A stretch of DNA of 58,628 bases, taken from NCBI GenBank assembly GCA_964367075.1, contig CAYIWH010000001.1, positions 1 through 58,628 of the forward strand, given 5' to 3'. Made by a program: the position numbers and the translations under genes. The first letter of the stretch is position 1. Each line of letters begins with the position of its first letter. Under the pieces are notes generated by a model. That model was not told where the DNA came from and did not search any database. It saw nothing but the letters and a program-made list of their open reading frames with translations. This DNA is from an uncultured Candidatus Saccharibacteria bacterium. GTDB taxonomy: Bacteria; Patescibacteriota; Minisyncoccia; UBA11713; 2-01-FULL-45-33. Positions 17,669-26,760 of this stretch are shown here, one piece after another.

Positions 17669-20600
17669 ATGTCTCACATAAGCAAAAAATGGATAGTAAT
17701 GACAGCGGCAAGCGCATTTTTTGTGATACCGGTCATTTCATTTGCGGTAGTTGCCATAAAATATATTTCTCCTAATCCGACTCTTGGCATGATTGACGTA
17801 GGCTCCAATATGGGGATTTTGTGGCAACGCGCTTTTACGAGCGATACAGCGGGCTATGATACGGACCAGAACGTGAATATCACTACGGACACTTCTGGTA
17901 ATGCGTATGCTGCAATTTCCTGGTGGTCTCAAGAAAATATTATTAAGTACACTAACTCAGGGACACTTAGTGGTAGCGATGGAGATTCAGCTACATCGTC
18001 GCCGCTTTATCTCCGTGGCGTTTCTGCATCATCAAATGGAGATCGGTGGATAGTATATACGCGCTGTTTGAGCACATGTGCAACGTATGATTTTGTTACT
18101 GTGCGGTACCATAATGTTGCAGATAAACGTCTCTTTCAGGCAAGCGGATTTGGAAAGGATACCGTGCGCGCTGTTGTTGTGGACAGTAGCGGAAATGTGA
18201 TCGTGGCTGGAAATTCTTCTCTGGACGGTACTAATTTTAGCTTGCGTCTTATTAAATATGATTCCGAGGGCAACCCCCTATTTAATAAAACGTATCCGCT
18301 GATTTCTTCAACACCAACATCGCCTTACGCTGTGGATGCGGCCCTTGGCCCATCGGGTGGCGTATATGTTTTGGAATATATTGCTGGCGCTGGCCAAGCA
18401 GTTATTCGTAAGTTTGATTCCTCTTTGAACAATACGGGGTGGCAGGTTATACAAAGCGGTGTTAGTAGCGGGGCCACCGACACGTTTCCATCAATAACGG
18501 CGGATACAAGTGGCAATGTGTATAGTTCGTGGATAGACGCTACTTGGAGCAAATATTTAACATTCAAATATAACGCAGACGGCTCTCCTGGATGGAGTAA
18601 AGAATTTTCTGGTGCCACTCCATATTATCTTGGAAGACCATTTGATATCGCAATAGATGGAAATAATAATTTATACGTTGCCGGGTGGGGATGGTGTTCT
18701 CCTAATTGTGATTTGGGCGGCACACCAGCTACTTATAACAATGCTGTTATTCGATATAACGCAAGCAACGGAGACAGAATCGGATATTTTCTTTTTGGTG
18801 ATTATTTAAATAATGCTGGGCCACGCATTTCTGTAGACAGTAGTAATCGTCTTTTCTTAATTTCGCCACTTTATGAGAAAAATTACGTGGTAAAATTTGA
18901 GATTAACTCGCCACCGTCTCTTTTAACTTTCAACGATTCTCCAGATCCAATCGTGGTGGGCAATGCCATCACGCTGTCTGCCACTTGGTCCGATCCAGAT
19001 TCTCCGGAACAGGGAAAAGTTCATTTTTGTAAAACCAACCAAATTGCGCCATCATCTTCCGGTGGTTCATGCACTGGTACTACCATCAAAAGTTCTACTC
19101 TTACCGCTCCCGGATCTGTTAATCTTTCTTATCCCACGCAAAGCAGTGATCTTGGCATGGTTACTTACTATGTGTTTGCGTGCGATGACGGTGGCAAATG
19201 TTCGGGAACGACAGGAAATTCTGGAATGTTTGCTGTCATCGCGTCTAATTTAATTATTTCTACTGCTCCTGCAGCAACAGTTGCCGGCCCATACACAGCA
19301 GAACAATCATTGCAATTTAAAGGTACTGTCCGCAACAGTGGCACAGCGCAGACAACAAGCAGTGTTACGTTCTATAATAGACTTAGAATTGATGTGGATA
19401 ATAACGGATCATTCGATCTAATTTCCGAACCAACATTATCAAATCTTGCCGCTGGAGGCACATCAGATGTTACCTCGTCTTCATGGACAGCGGTTGTCGG
19501 TACTCATCGTGTAGAATTGTGCGCGGATACTTCCAATACCGGGGCGAATAACAACAAAATCAATAATGAAACAAATGAATCGGATAATTGCAATGCGGCA
19601 GGAACAGGGTTGATTACAGTGGGAGCGACATTTAATTATTCTCTTTCTAATTCCGATAATATTTCGGTAACCCAAGGCGGCTCCGGCTCTAATACTATTA
19701 CTAGAACGCTCGGTTCCGGAACTACCCAAGGCGTAACGCTTTCTGTTTCAGGATTGCCATCAGGTGCTTCAGCAAGTTTTACCACTAACCCATGTAGTCC
19801 CACCTGTTCTAGCACACTTACTATTACTACCACTGGTTCAACACCAACTGGCACCTATCTTATTACGGTAACCGGTTCTCCGCTTAATAAAACCACTACC
19901 TTTAATTTGATTGTCAGCGCTTCTCCTGCTTGTAACGACGGCTTGGATAACGATGGAGACGGAAAAATAGATTTCGGTGGAGCAAACCCTGACCCAGGTT
20001 GCTCTGATACTAATGACACTGATGAAACGGATATTGTTGCATTGCCCGATTTAATTCCATCCCGTCCTATACAAATATATAATGCTTCTACAAGCGCGGT
20101 TATAACAACCATGCGAGCTGGAAGCAATTTCGGTGTGATCTTTTCTTCAATGATGAAAAACCAAGGAAATGCGAACGCTGTTCCTGCAAGCGGCAATATT
20201 ACGAGCAGTTTTCGTATTGTAAATCTTAGTCAAGGCTTTGATGCAAATAATTTTCCATCCCTTGGCATTAATGCTGAGCGGTGGTTAAGTTCTACGACAA
20301 CACCTCCGGCATCTCCGCGTGTTTGGTACAACATTCCAGCCGGAACTCATACGATTCGCCTTTGTGTTGATACACCAACTGCTTCCGGTGGTAAAATTAC
20401 AGAGTCTAATGAAAGCAACAATTGTACGAGTGGCGCGACAGACACAATATTTATTGTCACAGCTCCAGATCTTGTTGTATCCACTCCTGTAGCGCAGGGG
20501 ACACTGGAGCCTGATCAACCAATTACATTTATTGCTAATGTACAAAATCAAGGTAATGATCAGGCGTCAAATCTTGTTAATTCGTTTTATGTGGATCTCA

Positions 20601-21292
20601 ACAACGATAATACTGGTTCCATCGACCTTGGTAATGGAGTATATGCAGATACTGTACTTACTAGCAGTCCTTCAAACATGACGCTTGGGATAACAGAAAT
20701 ACAACTTGCAACATCACAAGTATGGACTGGTGTGAGTGGTACTCATCGTATTCTCGTATGTGCTGATACGACTAAAATTACTATGGAATCTAATGAGAAT
20801 AATAATTGTATGAATACGACTTTTACTGTAGCCGTTCCAGCGCAATCAGACCTCATCATCTCAATCGCCCCATCATTAAATTCTGGTGTTCTCATGGCAG
20901 GATTCAATACAACATTTAAGGCAACTGTAAAAAATATTGGTGTATCGGCAACTCCATCCGGATTTACTAGCAGATTCTTTATTGATCTCAACAATGACGG
21001 TACTTTAAATATTGTTCTTACACCAGACCCAACAAAACCTATTTTAAGCAATATTTCTGGTAATAATACTACTCAAATTATTTCTGGCACATGGAATGCA
21101 ATTGCAGGGAAACATCGTGTTGTAGTATGCGCTGATGATCCATCAGCATCAGCATGGGGTTCCAGTAGCTCTGATTTTGGAGACTTCAGAGAATTAGACG
21201 ATATAAACAATTGTAGCAGTGCCACTGCTGGTAGTAGTGATCAGACACAAGGGACAGGCATTATTACAGTTGGGCAATTTCAGGAGTTTTAA
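17669..21292 (+). CDS. Large secreted surface protein: beta-propeller repeats plus multiple CARDB-like domains
   Basis: A signal/TM region, SBBP-like repeats (DTSGNAY, DSSGNVIVAG, DTSGNVYSS, DGNNNLYVAGW), a CNDGLDNDGDGKIDF calcium-binding-like motif, and at least 5 units ending in E(S/T)NE(S/N)NNC, typical of CARDB. Confidence 0.82.
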   Translation: MSHISKKWIVMTAASAFFVIPVISFAVVAIKYISPNPTLGMIDVGSNMGILWQRAFTSDTAGYDTDQNVNITTDTSGNAYAAISWWSQENIIKYTNSGTLSGSDGDSATSSPLYLRGVSASSNGDRWIVYTRCLSTCATYDFVTVRYHNVADKRLFQASGFGKDTVRAVVVDSSGNVIVAGNSSLDGTNFSLRLIKYDSEGNPLFNKTYPLISSTPTSPYAVDAALGPSGGVYVLEYIAGAGQAVIRKFDSSLNNTGWQVIQSGVSSGATDTFPSITADTSGNVYSSWIDATWSKYLTFKYNADGSPGWSKEFSGATPYYLGRPFDIAIDGNNNLYVAGWGWCSPNCDLGGTPATYNNAVIRYNASNGDRIGYFLFGDYLNNAGPRISVDSSNRLFLISPLYEKNYVVKFEINSPPSLLTFNDSPDPIVVGNAITLSATWSDPDSPEQGKVHFCKTNQIAPSSSGGSCTGTTIKSSTLTAPGSVNLSYPTQSSDLGMVTYYVFACDDGGKCSGTTGNSGMFAVIASNLIISTAPAATVAGPYTAEQSLQFKGTVRNSGTAQTTSSVTFYNRLRIDVDNNGSFDLISEPTLSNLAAGGTSDVTSSSWTAVVGTHRVELCADTSNTGANNNKINNETNESDNCNAAGTGLITVGATFNYSLSNSDNISVTQGGSGSNTITRTLGSGTTQGVTLSVSGLPSGASASFTTNPCSPTCSSTLTITTTGSTPTGTYLITVTGSPLNKTTTFNLIVSASPACNDGLDNDGDGKIDFGGANPDPGCSDTNDTDETDIVALPDLIPSRPIQIYNASTSAVITTMRAGSNFGVIFSSMMKNQGNANAVPASGNITSSFRIVNLSQGFDANNFPSLGINAERWLSSTTTPPASPRVWYNIPAGTHTIRLCVDTPTASGGKITESNESNNCTSGATDTIFIVTAPDLVVSTPVAQGTLEPDQPITFIANVQNQGNDQASNLVNSFYVDLNNDNTGSIDLGNGVYADTVLTSSPSNMTLGITEIQLATSQVWTGVSGTHRILVCADTTKITMESNENNNCMNTTFTVAVPAQSDLIISIAPSLNSGVLMAGFNTTFKATVKNIGVSATPSGFTSRFFIDLNNDGTLNIVLTPDPTKPILSNISGNNTTQIISGTWNAIAGKHRVVVCADDPSASAWGSSSSDFGDFRELDDINNCSSATAGSSDQTQGTGIITVGQFQEF

Positions 21293-21307
21293 TTTAATTT
21301 AAATGAA

Positions 21308-22252
21308 ATGCATGATCTTATTATTATTGGCGGCGGACCCGCGGCAATAGGGGCTGGCATATACGCGGCGCGCAAAAAACTAAAAACTCTTCTTATAACC
21401 GAATCCGTAGGCGGTCAATCAGTTGTGTCGGATAAAATTGAAAACTGGATAGGAGAGATAGAAATTTCCGGTTTTGAGCTTGCGGAAAAACTAGAAAAAC
21501 ATTTGCGCGCGAATGATTCCACCGAAATTAAAACAGGAGAACGAGTTAGCGAAGTTGTATCAGATGATGATGACAATTTTACTGTTAAATTACAATCAGG
21601 AATTATTTTTCAATCCCGCGCTGTAATTGTAGCCTCTGGCGGACGAAGAAGAAGACTTGATATACCGGGAGAAAATGAATTTGACGGCAAGGGAGTGGCG
21701 TTTTGCACTACATGTGATGCTCCGTTATTTGGTGGAAAGGATGTCGCAGTGGTAGGCGGTGGAAATTCTGCTTTAGAATCGGTTGTGGATTTATTTGCTT
21801 ACGCAAATAAAATATATTTAATTGTAAGAGGCGACGAACTAAAGGGAGACCCTATCACTCAAGAAAAAATCAAACAAGATTCAAAAGTTGAAATTATCTT
21901 TAATGCCGAACCAAAAGAAATTTTAGGAGACAAATTTGTTACAGGGCTTAAGTATGAGAATAAAAAAAATAATGAAACAAAAGTACTGCAAGTAGAAGGA
22001 GTATTTGTAGAAATTGGATCTGTGCCAAATTCGGAAATGGCAAAGAACTTAGTTGATATAAATACTCTCGGTGAGATTATTGTTGATCATAAAACAGCCG
22101 CGACATCACACCAAGGAATATTTGCGGCTGGTGATGTATCTGATGAAATATATAAACAAAACAATATTTCAGTAGGAGACGGCATCCGCGCGGCCCTCTC
22201 GGCTTATAATTATATTCTGAAAATAAAAAAAGAAGCTCCCGCTCCAATCTAA
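21308..22252 (+). CDS. trxB: Thioredoxin-disulfide reductase
   Basis: IIIGGGPAAIGAGIYAAR, redox-active CTTCDA, VVGGGNSALE and AAGDV. Confidence 0.9.
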   Translation: MHDLIIIGGGPAAIGAGIYAARKKLKTLLITESVGGQSVVSDKIENWIGEIEISGFELAEKLEKHLRANDSTEIKTGERVSEVVSDDDDNFTVKLQSGIIFQSRAVIVASGGRRRRLDIPGENEFDGKGVAFCTTCDAPLFGGKDVAVVGGGNSALESVVDLFAYANKIYLIVRGDELKGDPITQEKIKQDSKVEIIFNAEPKEILGDKFVTGLKYENKKNNETKVLQVEGVFVEIGSVPNSEMAKNLVDINTLGEIIVDHKTAATSHQGIFAAGDVSDEIYKQNNISVGDGIRAALSAYNYILKIKKEAPAPI

Positions 22253-22276
22253 TGTTCAACATCAGATGTTGAACAT
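22252..22276. repeat. Palindrome ATGTTCAACATC-A-GATGTTGAACAT (12-bp arms)
   Basis: A perfect inverted repeat spanning the trxB stop and the transposase stop. Confidence 0.85.
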
Positions 22277-22930
22277 GTTATTTTCTATGTCTTTTGCAGG
22301 GCTTGTTCGAATAAAATGTTTATATTCTTGTTTGTTTTGGAATTGATCTAAAATAATTGATGGACTTAATAATTCTTCCCATCGATTACGAATTATATAA
22401 TCTTGGTAGCTTGACCAAGGGTATTTTTCTTCTTTGTTTGTCCATTTTTTAAGCTCTCTAGGATTACGATGAATGTAGGCAGAAAGGTGTAAAAGATATT
22501 CGTTTGTATCAATAAGCTTTCTATGATATTTGCTACCAAATAAATGTCCATTTCTTTTGTATTTTAAGTTAAAATATTTTGCATAACTATTGCACAGTCT
22601 TTGGGTGAACTTTGCGATACCACCATCCTTTATTTCGCGCACAACACAATGGAAATGATTTGGCATTAATACAAAGCTAACTAATTCTATAATGCGCATT
22701 GCGACAATGTCTTTCTTTATATCTTTTATGTTCAACATCTGATGTTCATCAAATAAGCTAGCAAGGCGACCGATATTGTTAAAATAAACATCTCCTTGCA
22801 TCAACAAAAGAAGAAGTACAAATCTATTATAATCATGTTCGTCTATAAATATATTGCGTTTTTCTACACCACGATTAAAAATATGATAATAAATATTTTC
22901 TCCGAAGAAATTTTTGCTTCTTTTTGTCAT
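22262..22930 (-). CDS. REP-associated tyrosine transposase (RayT)/IS200-like Y1 HUH transposase
   Basis: YHIFNRGVEKRNIF, HUH motif MPNHFHCVV, GHLFGSKYH, and a catalytic Tyr region LSAYIHRNP. The start is ATG 22930, or possibly 22948. Confidence 0.82.
   Translation of the reverse strand: MTKRSKNFFGENIYYHIFNRGVEKRNIFIDEHDYNRFVLLLLLMQGDVYFNNIGRLASLFDEHQMLNIKDIKKDIVAMRIIELVSFVLMPNHFHCVVREIKDGGIAKFTQRLCNSYAKYFNLKYKRNGHLFGSKYHRKLIDTNEYLLHLSAYIHRNPRELKKWTNKEEKYPWSSYQDYIIRNRWEELLSPSIILDQFQNKQEYKHFIRTSPAKDIENNMFNI
22728..22749. repeat. Internal copy of the palindrome (ATGTTCAACATCTGATGTTCAT), inverted relative to the flanking copies
   Basis: It lies inside the transposase CDS and encodes ...EHQMLNIK... 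Confidence 0.75.
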
Positions 22931-22959
22931 ATTGAAACAATGTAACATACCAAAAGTTA

Positions 22960-22981
22960 ATGTGCAACATCAGATGTTCAT
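22960..22981. repeat. Flanking palindrome copy ATGTGCAACATCAGATGTTCAT
   Basis: It shares AACATCAGATGTT with the 22252 copy and lies 12-30 nt upstream of the transposase start. Confidence 0.75.
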
Positions 22982-23016
22982 TATATTATACGAAATAAAA
23001 AAGCCTGACGCGTAGG

Positions 23017-23421
23017 TCAAGATTTAAATTGTTGTGCCCATCTTTCAAGTTCATTGAGAATGACGATGATATCCGCTTCTTCGTAACTTTTCAGTTCAAA
23101 GAGTCGTTTTTTTTGTTGTATGAAGCGCGCGCAATCTCGTCGTGCTCCATTTGATTTATTCCACTCTGGTAGCATAATTCCAGCTTTGCAAGAACTATCA
23201 TATATTGAGTCGTCCAACTCGTGATAATATTGTTCCGGAGCATTTGCAAGCACTTCAAATCGCGCAGTGTGTGTATGTGGGATAAAAAATCCCACCAATC
23301 GTGTTTCTTTAAAATAATTCGCAATGCGTATCCCAATATATTGCGCGTTGGCAATATTGTGTTCGATTTTAAGTCTTTGGAAACCACTTATATAAGGCCC
23401 AATAATGCCGACAATTAGCAT
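23017..23421 (-). CDS. DUF1937/DUF4406-like protein (nucleoside 2-deoxyribosyltransferase-like fold)
   Basis: IVGIIGPYISG...FFIPHTHTARFE...EWNKSNGARRDCA loosely fits the pattern of that family. Confidence 0.45.
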   Translation of the reverse strand: MLIVGIIGPYISGFQRLKIEHNIANAQYIGIRIANYFKETRLVGFFIPHTHTARFEVLANAPEQYYHELDDSIYDSSCKAGIMLPEWNKSNGARRDCARFIQQKKRLFELKSYEEADIIVILNELERWAQQFKS

Positions 23422-23517
23422 TATTAATTCCTGTTCTTTAATCTAGATATAGTAAAACATTGTTTTGTGTATTATGCAAGTTTTTGCTTGTTGTTTTATT
23501 TTTGGTATCATAAATAT

Positions 23518-24531
23518 ATGAATACAACCAAAATCGCAATTAATGGATTTGGGAGGATAGGCAGGTCATTTTTTAGGGCTACATATGAGACAGAAAATTT
23601 TGATATTGTAGCTATAAATGATTTAACTGATACAAAAACACTAGCATATTTGTTGAAGTATGATTCGGTGTACGGGCGATATTCTAAAAATGTGAGTTTT
23701 GCCACAGATTCGTTGTTGATAGATGGCAAAAGTGTTCGAGTATTTGCGGAAAAAGATCCTGCAAATCTTCCATGGCGAGATTTGGATATTGATGTAGTAG
23801 TTGAGTCAACCGGATTTTTTACTGATGGAACAAAAGCAAAAGCGCATCTTACTTCTGGCGCCAAAAAAGTGGTTATTACTGCGCCTGCAAAGGGAGATGT
23901 TGTAACTGCGCTTGTCGGTGTCAATGATGATAGATTTACAAAAGATGCTATTATCACTTGCAACGCATCGTGCACGACAAATTCTGTAGCTCCTGTGATG
24001 GCAATATTATTGGAAAATTTTGGAATTGAAAAATCAAGCATGGTCACGGTACATGGCTATACTGCTACTCAAAAATTAGTTGATGGGCCTGATTCAAAAG
24101 ATGTGCGAAAGGGTCGCGCCGCGGCCACAAATATTGTTCCATCTACTACAGGCGCCGCAGAAGCTGTCATACAATCAATTCCGGTTCTTGAAGGAAAATT
24201 TGGAGCTTCATCTATTCGTGTACCTGTTATTTCAGGATCATTGAGTGTGATTACGGTACTTTTGAACAAGCTAACAACTGCGGAAGAAATCAATAAAATT
24301 TTTGAGAACGCCGCCCAAAATTCTCGATGGTCAAAATCATTAAAGGTGACAAATGATGAAATAGTCTCAACGGATATTATTGGAGAGCCGTACGGAGCCA
24401 TTGTAGATCTTACACTTACTCGCGTCATAGGAGAGAATTTTGTACAAATGTATTCGTGGTATGATAATGAAGCAGGATACACAGCAACATTGGTAGAGCA
24501 TGTTCGCCGTGTTGGCGGTTTTCTTCACTAA
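23518..24531 (+). CDS. gap: Type I glyceraldehyde-3-phosphate dehydrogenase
   Basis: KIAINGFGRIGR, the active site NASCTTNSVAP, and WYDNEAGY. TGGTATCAT lies 6 nt upstream of ATG 23518. Confidence 0.95.
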   Translation: MNTTKIAINGFGRIGRSFFRATYETENFDIVAINDLTDTKTLAYLLKYDSVYGRYSKNVSFATDSLLIDGKSVRVFAEKDPANLPWRDLDIDVVVESTGFFTDGTKAKAHLTSGAKKVVITAPAKGDVVTALVGVNDDRFTKDAIITCNASCTTNSVAPVMAILLENFGIEKSSMVTVHGYTATQKLVDGPDSKDVRKGRAAATNIVPSTTGAAEAVIQSIPVLEGKFGASSIRVPVISGSLSVITVLLNKLTTAEEINKIFENAAQNSRWSKSLKVTNDEIVSTDIIGEPYGAIVDLTLTRVIGENFVQMYSWYDNEAGYTATLVEHVRRVGGFLH

Positions 24532-24562
24532 GCAATCCGATTGATAATTAAGATATAAAAAG

Positions 24563-25771
24563 ATGTTTACATTTTGGAAAACCAAGGATTTAGAAATATC
24601 TCGAACAATTCCGGGTTTTGAGGAAGATGAACGCAAGGTGCCAAAAACCGGTCTTTTACTTTTGATAATTATGTTTATCGCCGGCTTATTTTTTGGCTGG
24701 CGCGCTTTGGATGATGTAGCTCATTTGCCCAGTCAACCCGAGCTTATTTCATATTGCGCCAATCAATTTAAGGGTCAAACACTTATAGTTGAACGCATTG
24801 TATCCCCACCTGAGACAGAATTTCTTTATGGTATTGATTATTACAACAAATATACGCTTTCCGGATGCAAATTTAATCAATTGGAAATATCTGCTGGCAT
24901 CCCAGCTTTAATTGATGAAAAAAATTTACTTACAAAAGAAAGAGAACCGTTGCTGACAGAATATAATAGGACTATCAATCAACTTCAGGATGTAAGATAT
25001 CGTATAGAAAGATCCAGAGAAGAATATAATGTTGGCTTACAAGAAAAGACAGCGAACGTGCCAAAGCCTTTGTATCCAATCATAGATTCTGGAAGTTCAT
25101 TGGAATCCTTGCGCCTAGAAGAAAAAAAATTATTAGCGCAAAAAACAGTGCTTGATCCGAAAATAACGCCTTACGATAATAAATTAAAAGAATTAGATAA
25201 AAAAATAGAGTCGGTATATAAGCCTGTTTTTGAAGCGTACAATAAACAGCTACGCTGGTATGAATTTAAAGTATTTTTACTGCAACTGCTTTTTGTATTA
25301 CCGTTTTTCTGGTTAGTATTTGTTTGGTATTTGCGTCTTCATAAAAAAAATAGTCCATATACTTTAATTATAACAGCGATGGTAATGGTTGCCGGAGTAT
25401 TATTTTTGAGAGTTGTACTATTTTGGTTTTGGGGTCTGTTTTTGGAAGAAGTTTTAAGAATTATATCCGAATGGTTTGTAAAATATGAAATTTTTAGAAC
25501 GCTATTATTTTATGGCGGAATGATTCTTTCATTTGGTGTATTTGGAGGCGCAGTGTATTATCTTCAGAAGAAAATTTTTGATCCAAGACGTATAACAATA
25601 CGCAGATTCCGTACACATCAATGCCCAAAATGTCAGGCCAGCCTTGAATTGTCAGAAGCATATTGTCCAAATTGCGGGTATCATCTTAAAGAAACGTGTT
25701 CGGTGTGCGGCAAAGAAAGATTTATTGATTTGCCGGCATGCCCGCACTGCGGTTCGCAGAAAAACAAATAA
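24563..25771 (+). CDS. Membrane protein with a coiled-coil region and a C-terminal double zinc ribbon
   Basis: About 5 TM segments. The C-terminus is CPKCQ...CPNCG...CSVCG...CPHCG. Confidence 0.65.
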   Translation: MFTFWKTKDLEISRTIPGFEEDERKVPKTGLLLLIIMFIAGLFFGWRALDDVAHLPSQPELISYCANQFKGQTLIVERIVSPPETEFLYGIDYYNKYTLSGCKFNQLEISAGIPALIDEKNLLTKEREPLLTEYNRTINQLQDVRYRIERSREEYNVGLQEKTANVPKPLYPIIDSGSSLESLRLEEKKLLAQKTVLDPKITPYDNKLKELDKKIESVYKPVFEAYNKQLRWYEFKVFLLQLLFVLPFFWLVFVWYLRLHKKNSPYTLIITAMVMVAGVLFLRVVLFWFWGLFLEEVLRIISEWFVKYEIFRTLLFYGGMILSFGVFGGAVYYLQKKIFDPRRITIRRFRTHQCPKCQASLELSEAYCPNCGYHLKETCSVCGKERFIDLPACPHCGSQKNK

Positions 25772-25785
25772 ATAAAAAATAAAAC

Positions 25786-26244
25786 ATGAATATTTTTATT
25801 GGGGCGGATCATCGAGGATTTTCATTGAAAGAAGATATTAAGACCTATCTGCTTTCAAAAGGTTATGTTGTTACTGATGTAGGAGCGCATGAATTAAATT
25901 TAGACGATGATTATCCGGACATTGCGCTTTTAGTGGCAAATGAGGTTGCAAAAGACTTGAATAATAGAGGCATTTTGATTTGCGGTTCTGCCATGGGAAT
26001 GGATGTGGTTGCAAACAAAGTAAAAGGAATACGCGCGACAGTGGCATACTCTAAGATTTCCGCACAGCATGCCAGACAAAATGATAATATTTCTATTATC
26101 TCTCTCGCCGGCGATATATTAAAAGTTCGCGAAGCTCAAGAAATTGTTGATATATTTTTGTCTACTTCATTTAGCGGAGAAGAGCGCTATCTTCGCCGAC
26201 TTCAAAAAATCGCTGATATTGAAAATCAAAATTTTAAAAGTTGA
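25786..26244 (+). CDS. rpiB: Ribose-5-phosphate isomerase B
   Basis: MNIFIGADHRGFSLKEDIK...ILICGSAMGM is the RpiB/LacAB signature. Confidence 0.92.
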   Translation: MNIFIGADHRGFSLKEDIKTYLLSKGYVVTDVGAHELNLDDDYPDIALLVANEVAKDLNNRGILICGSAMGMDVVANKVKGIRATVAYSKISAQHARQNDNISIISLAGDILKVREAQEIVDIFLSTSFSGEERYLRRLQKIADIENQNFKS

Positions 26245-26302
26245 CTATTATACAACATTATGCTTTACTTTGTTTAGATGATCGTGTGATTGGAGAAATT
26301 CT

Positions 26303-26713
26303 ATGGATGAAAAGCCTGTGAAAGACAAAGATGTGCTTGCGCAGTACAATAACAAATTAATTCGTTTGAAAGCTGATATAGATACTGGAAATGGAATTAA
26401 TACCGTCTCGCATTACGTAATTGTTGTTGGTGATAAAACCTATCTTTTGTATTGTTATAGCCTTGGGGAATGCTTCGGTATCAATCCTCAAACAGGTAAT
26501 CCAAGAGTTCTAATTAGCAATATTAATCCAAGTTTGGATTATTTAAAGAACGTAAGCGTTGTTCCAATGGACGAATCAATCTTATCAGCGCTATGTGAAA
26601 TTTTAAAAACAGGGTCTTTTGATGGAGATGGTGAGGCACAAATAAAAATTGGCCCTATTAATTGTGAAGTACGCTTTTTGGCATCATTTAAAGAAAAGGC
26701 TTTGTTGTCTTGA
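26303..26713 (+). CDS. Hypothetical protein
   Basis: GGAG lies 8 nt upstream of the ATG. No recognisable domain. Confidence 0.55.
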   Translation: MDEKPVKDKDVLAQYNNKLIRLKADIDTGNGINTVSHYVIVVGDKTYLLYCYSLGECFGINPQTGNPRVLISNINPSLDYLKNVSVVPMDESILSALCEILKTGSFDGDGEAQIKIGPINCEVRFLASFKEKALLS

Positions 26714-26723
26714 GGTTAAAATT

Positions 26724-26755
26724 GTCCGCAAACTAACGCGGACTTTTTTCTTTTG
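26724..26755 (+). terminator. Rho-independent terminator
   Basis: GTCCGC-AAACTAA-GCGGAC followed by TTTTTTCTTTT. Confidence 0.75.
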
Positions 26756-26760
26756 GATAA

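Larger units (their letters stand above)
22252..22981 (-). mobile_element. Minimal RayT/IS200-like element bounded by palindromes
   Basis: A single HUH/Y1 transposase gene is bracketed by related hairpin-forming motifs at 22252-22276 and 22960-22981. Confidence 0.55.

Noticed and set aside
17669-21292. Periodic repeats in the large gene, considered as a possible CRISPR array or DGR target.
   Set aside because: The repeats are protein-domain (CARDB) repeats of about 110 aa, diverged at the DNA level. There are no short direct repeats with unique spacers, and no reverse transcriptase or template repeat in the window.
23508-24482. Long antisense ORFs (179 aa and 137 aa) opposite the gap gene. 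Similar shadow ORFs lie opposite pif1 (5350-5784), ccdA (41190-41693), rplY (33841-34170), clpB (55708-56547), copA and the large surface protein.
   Set aside because: Each lies entirely within a strongly supported gene on the other strand. They have low-complexity or odd composition and no recognisable motifs, as is typical of shadow ORFs.
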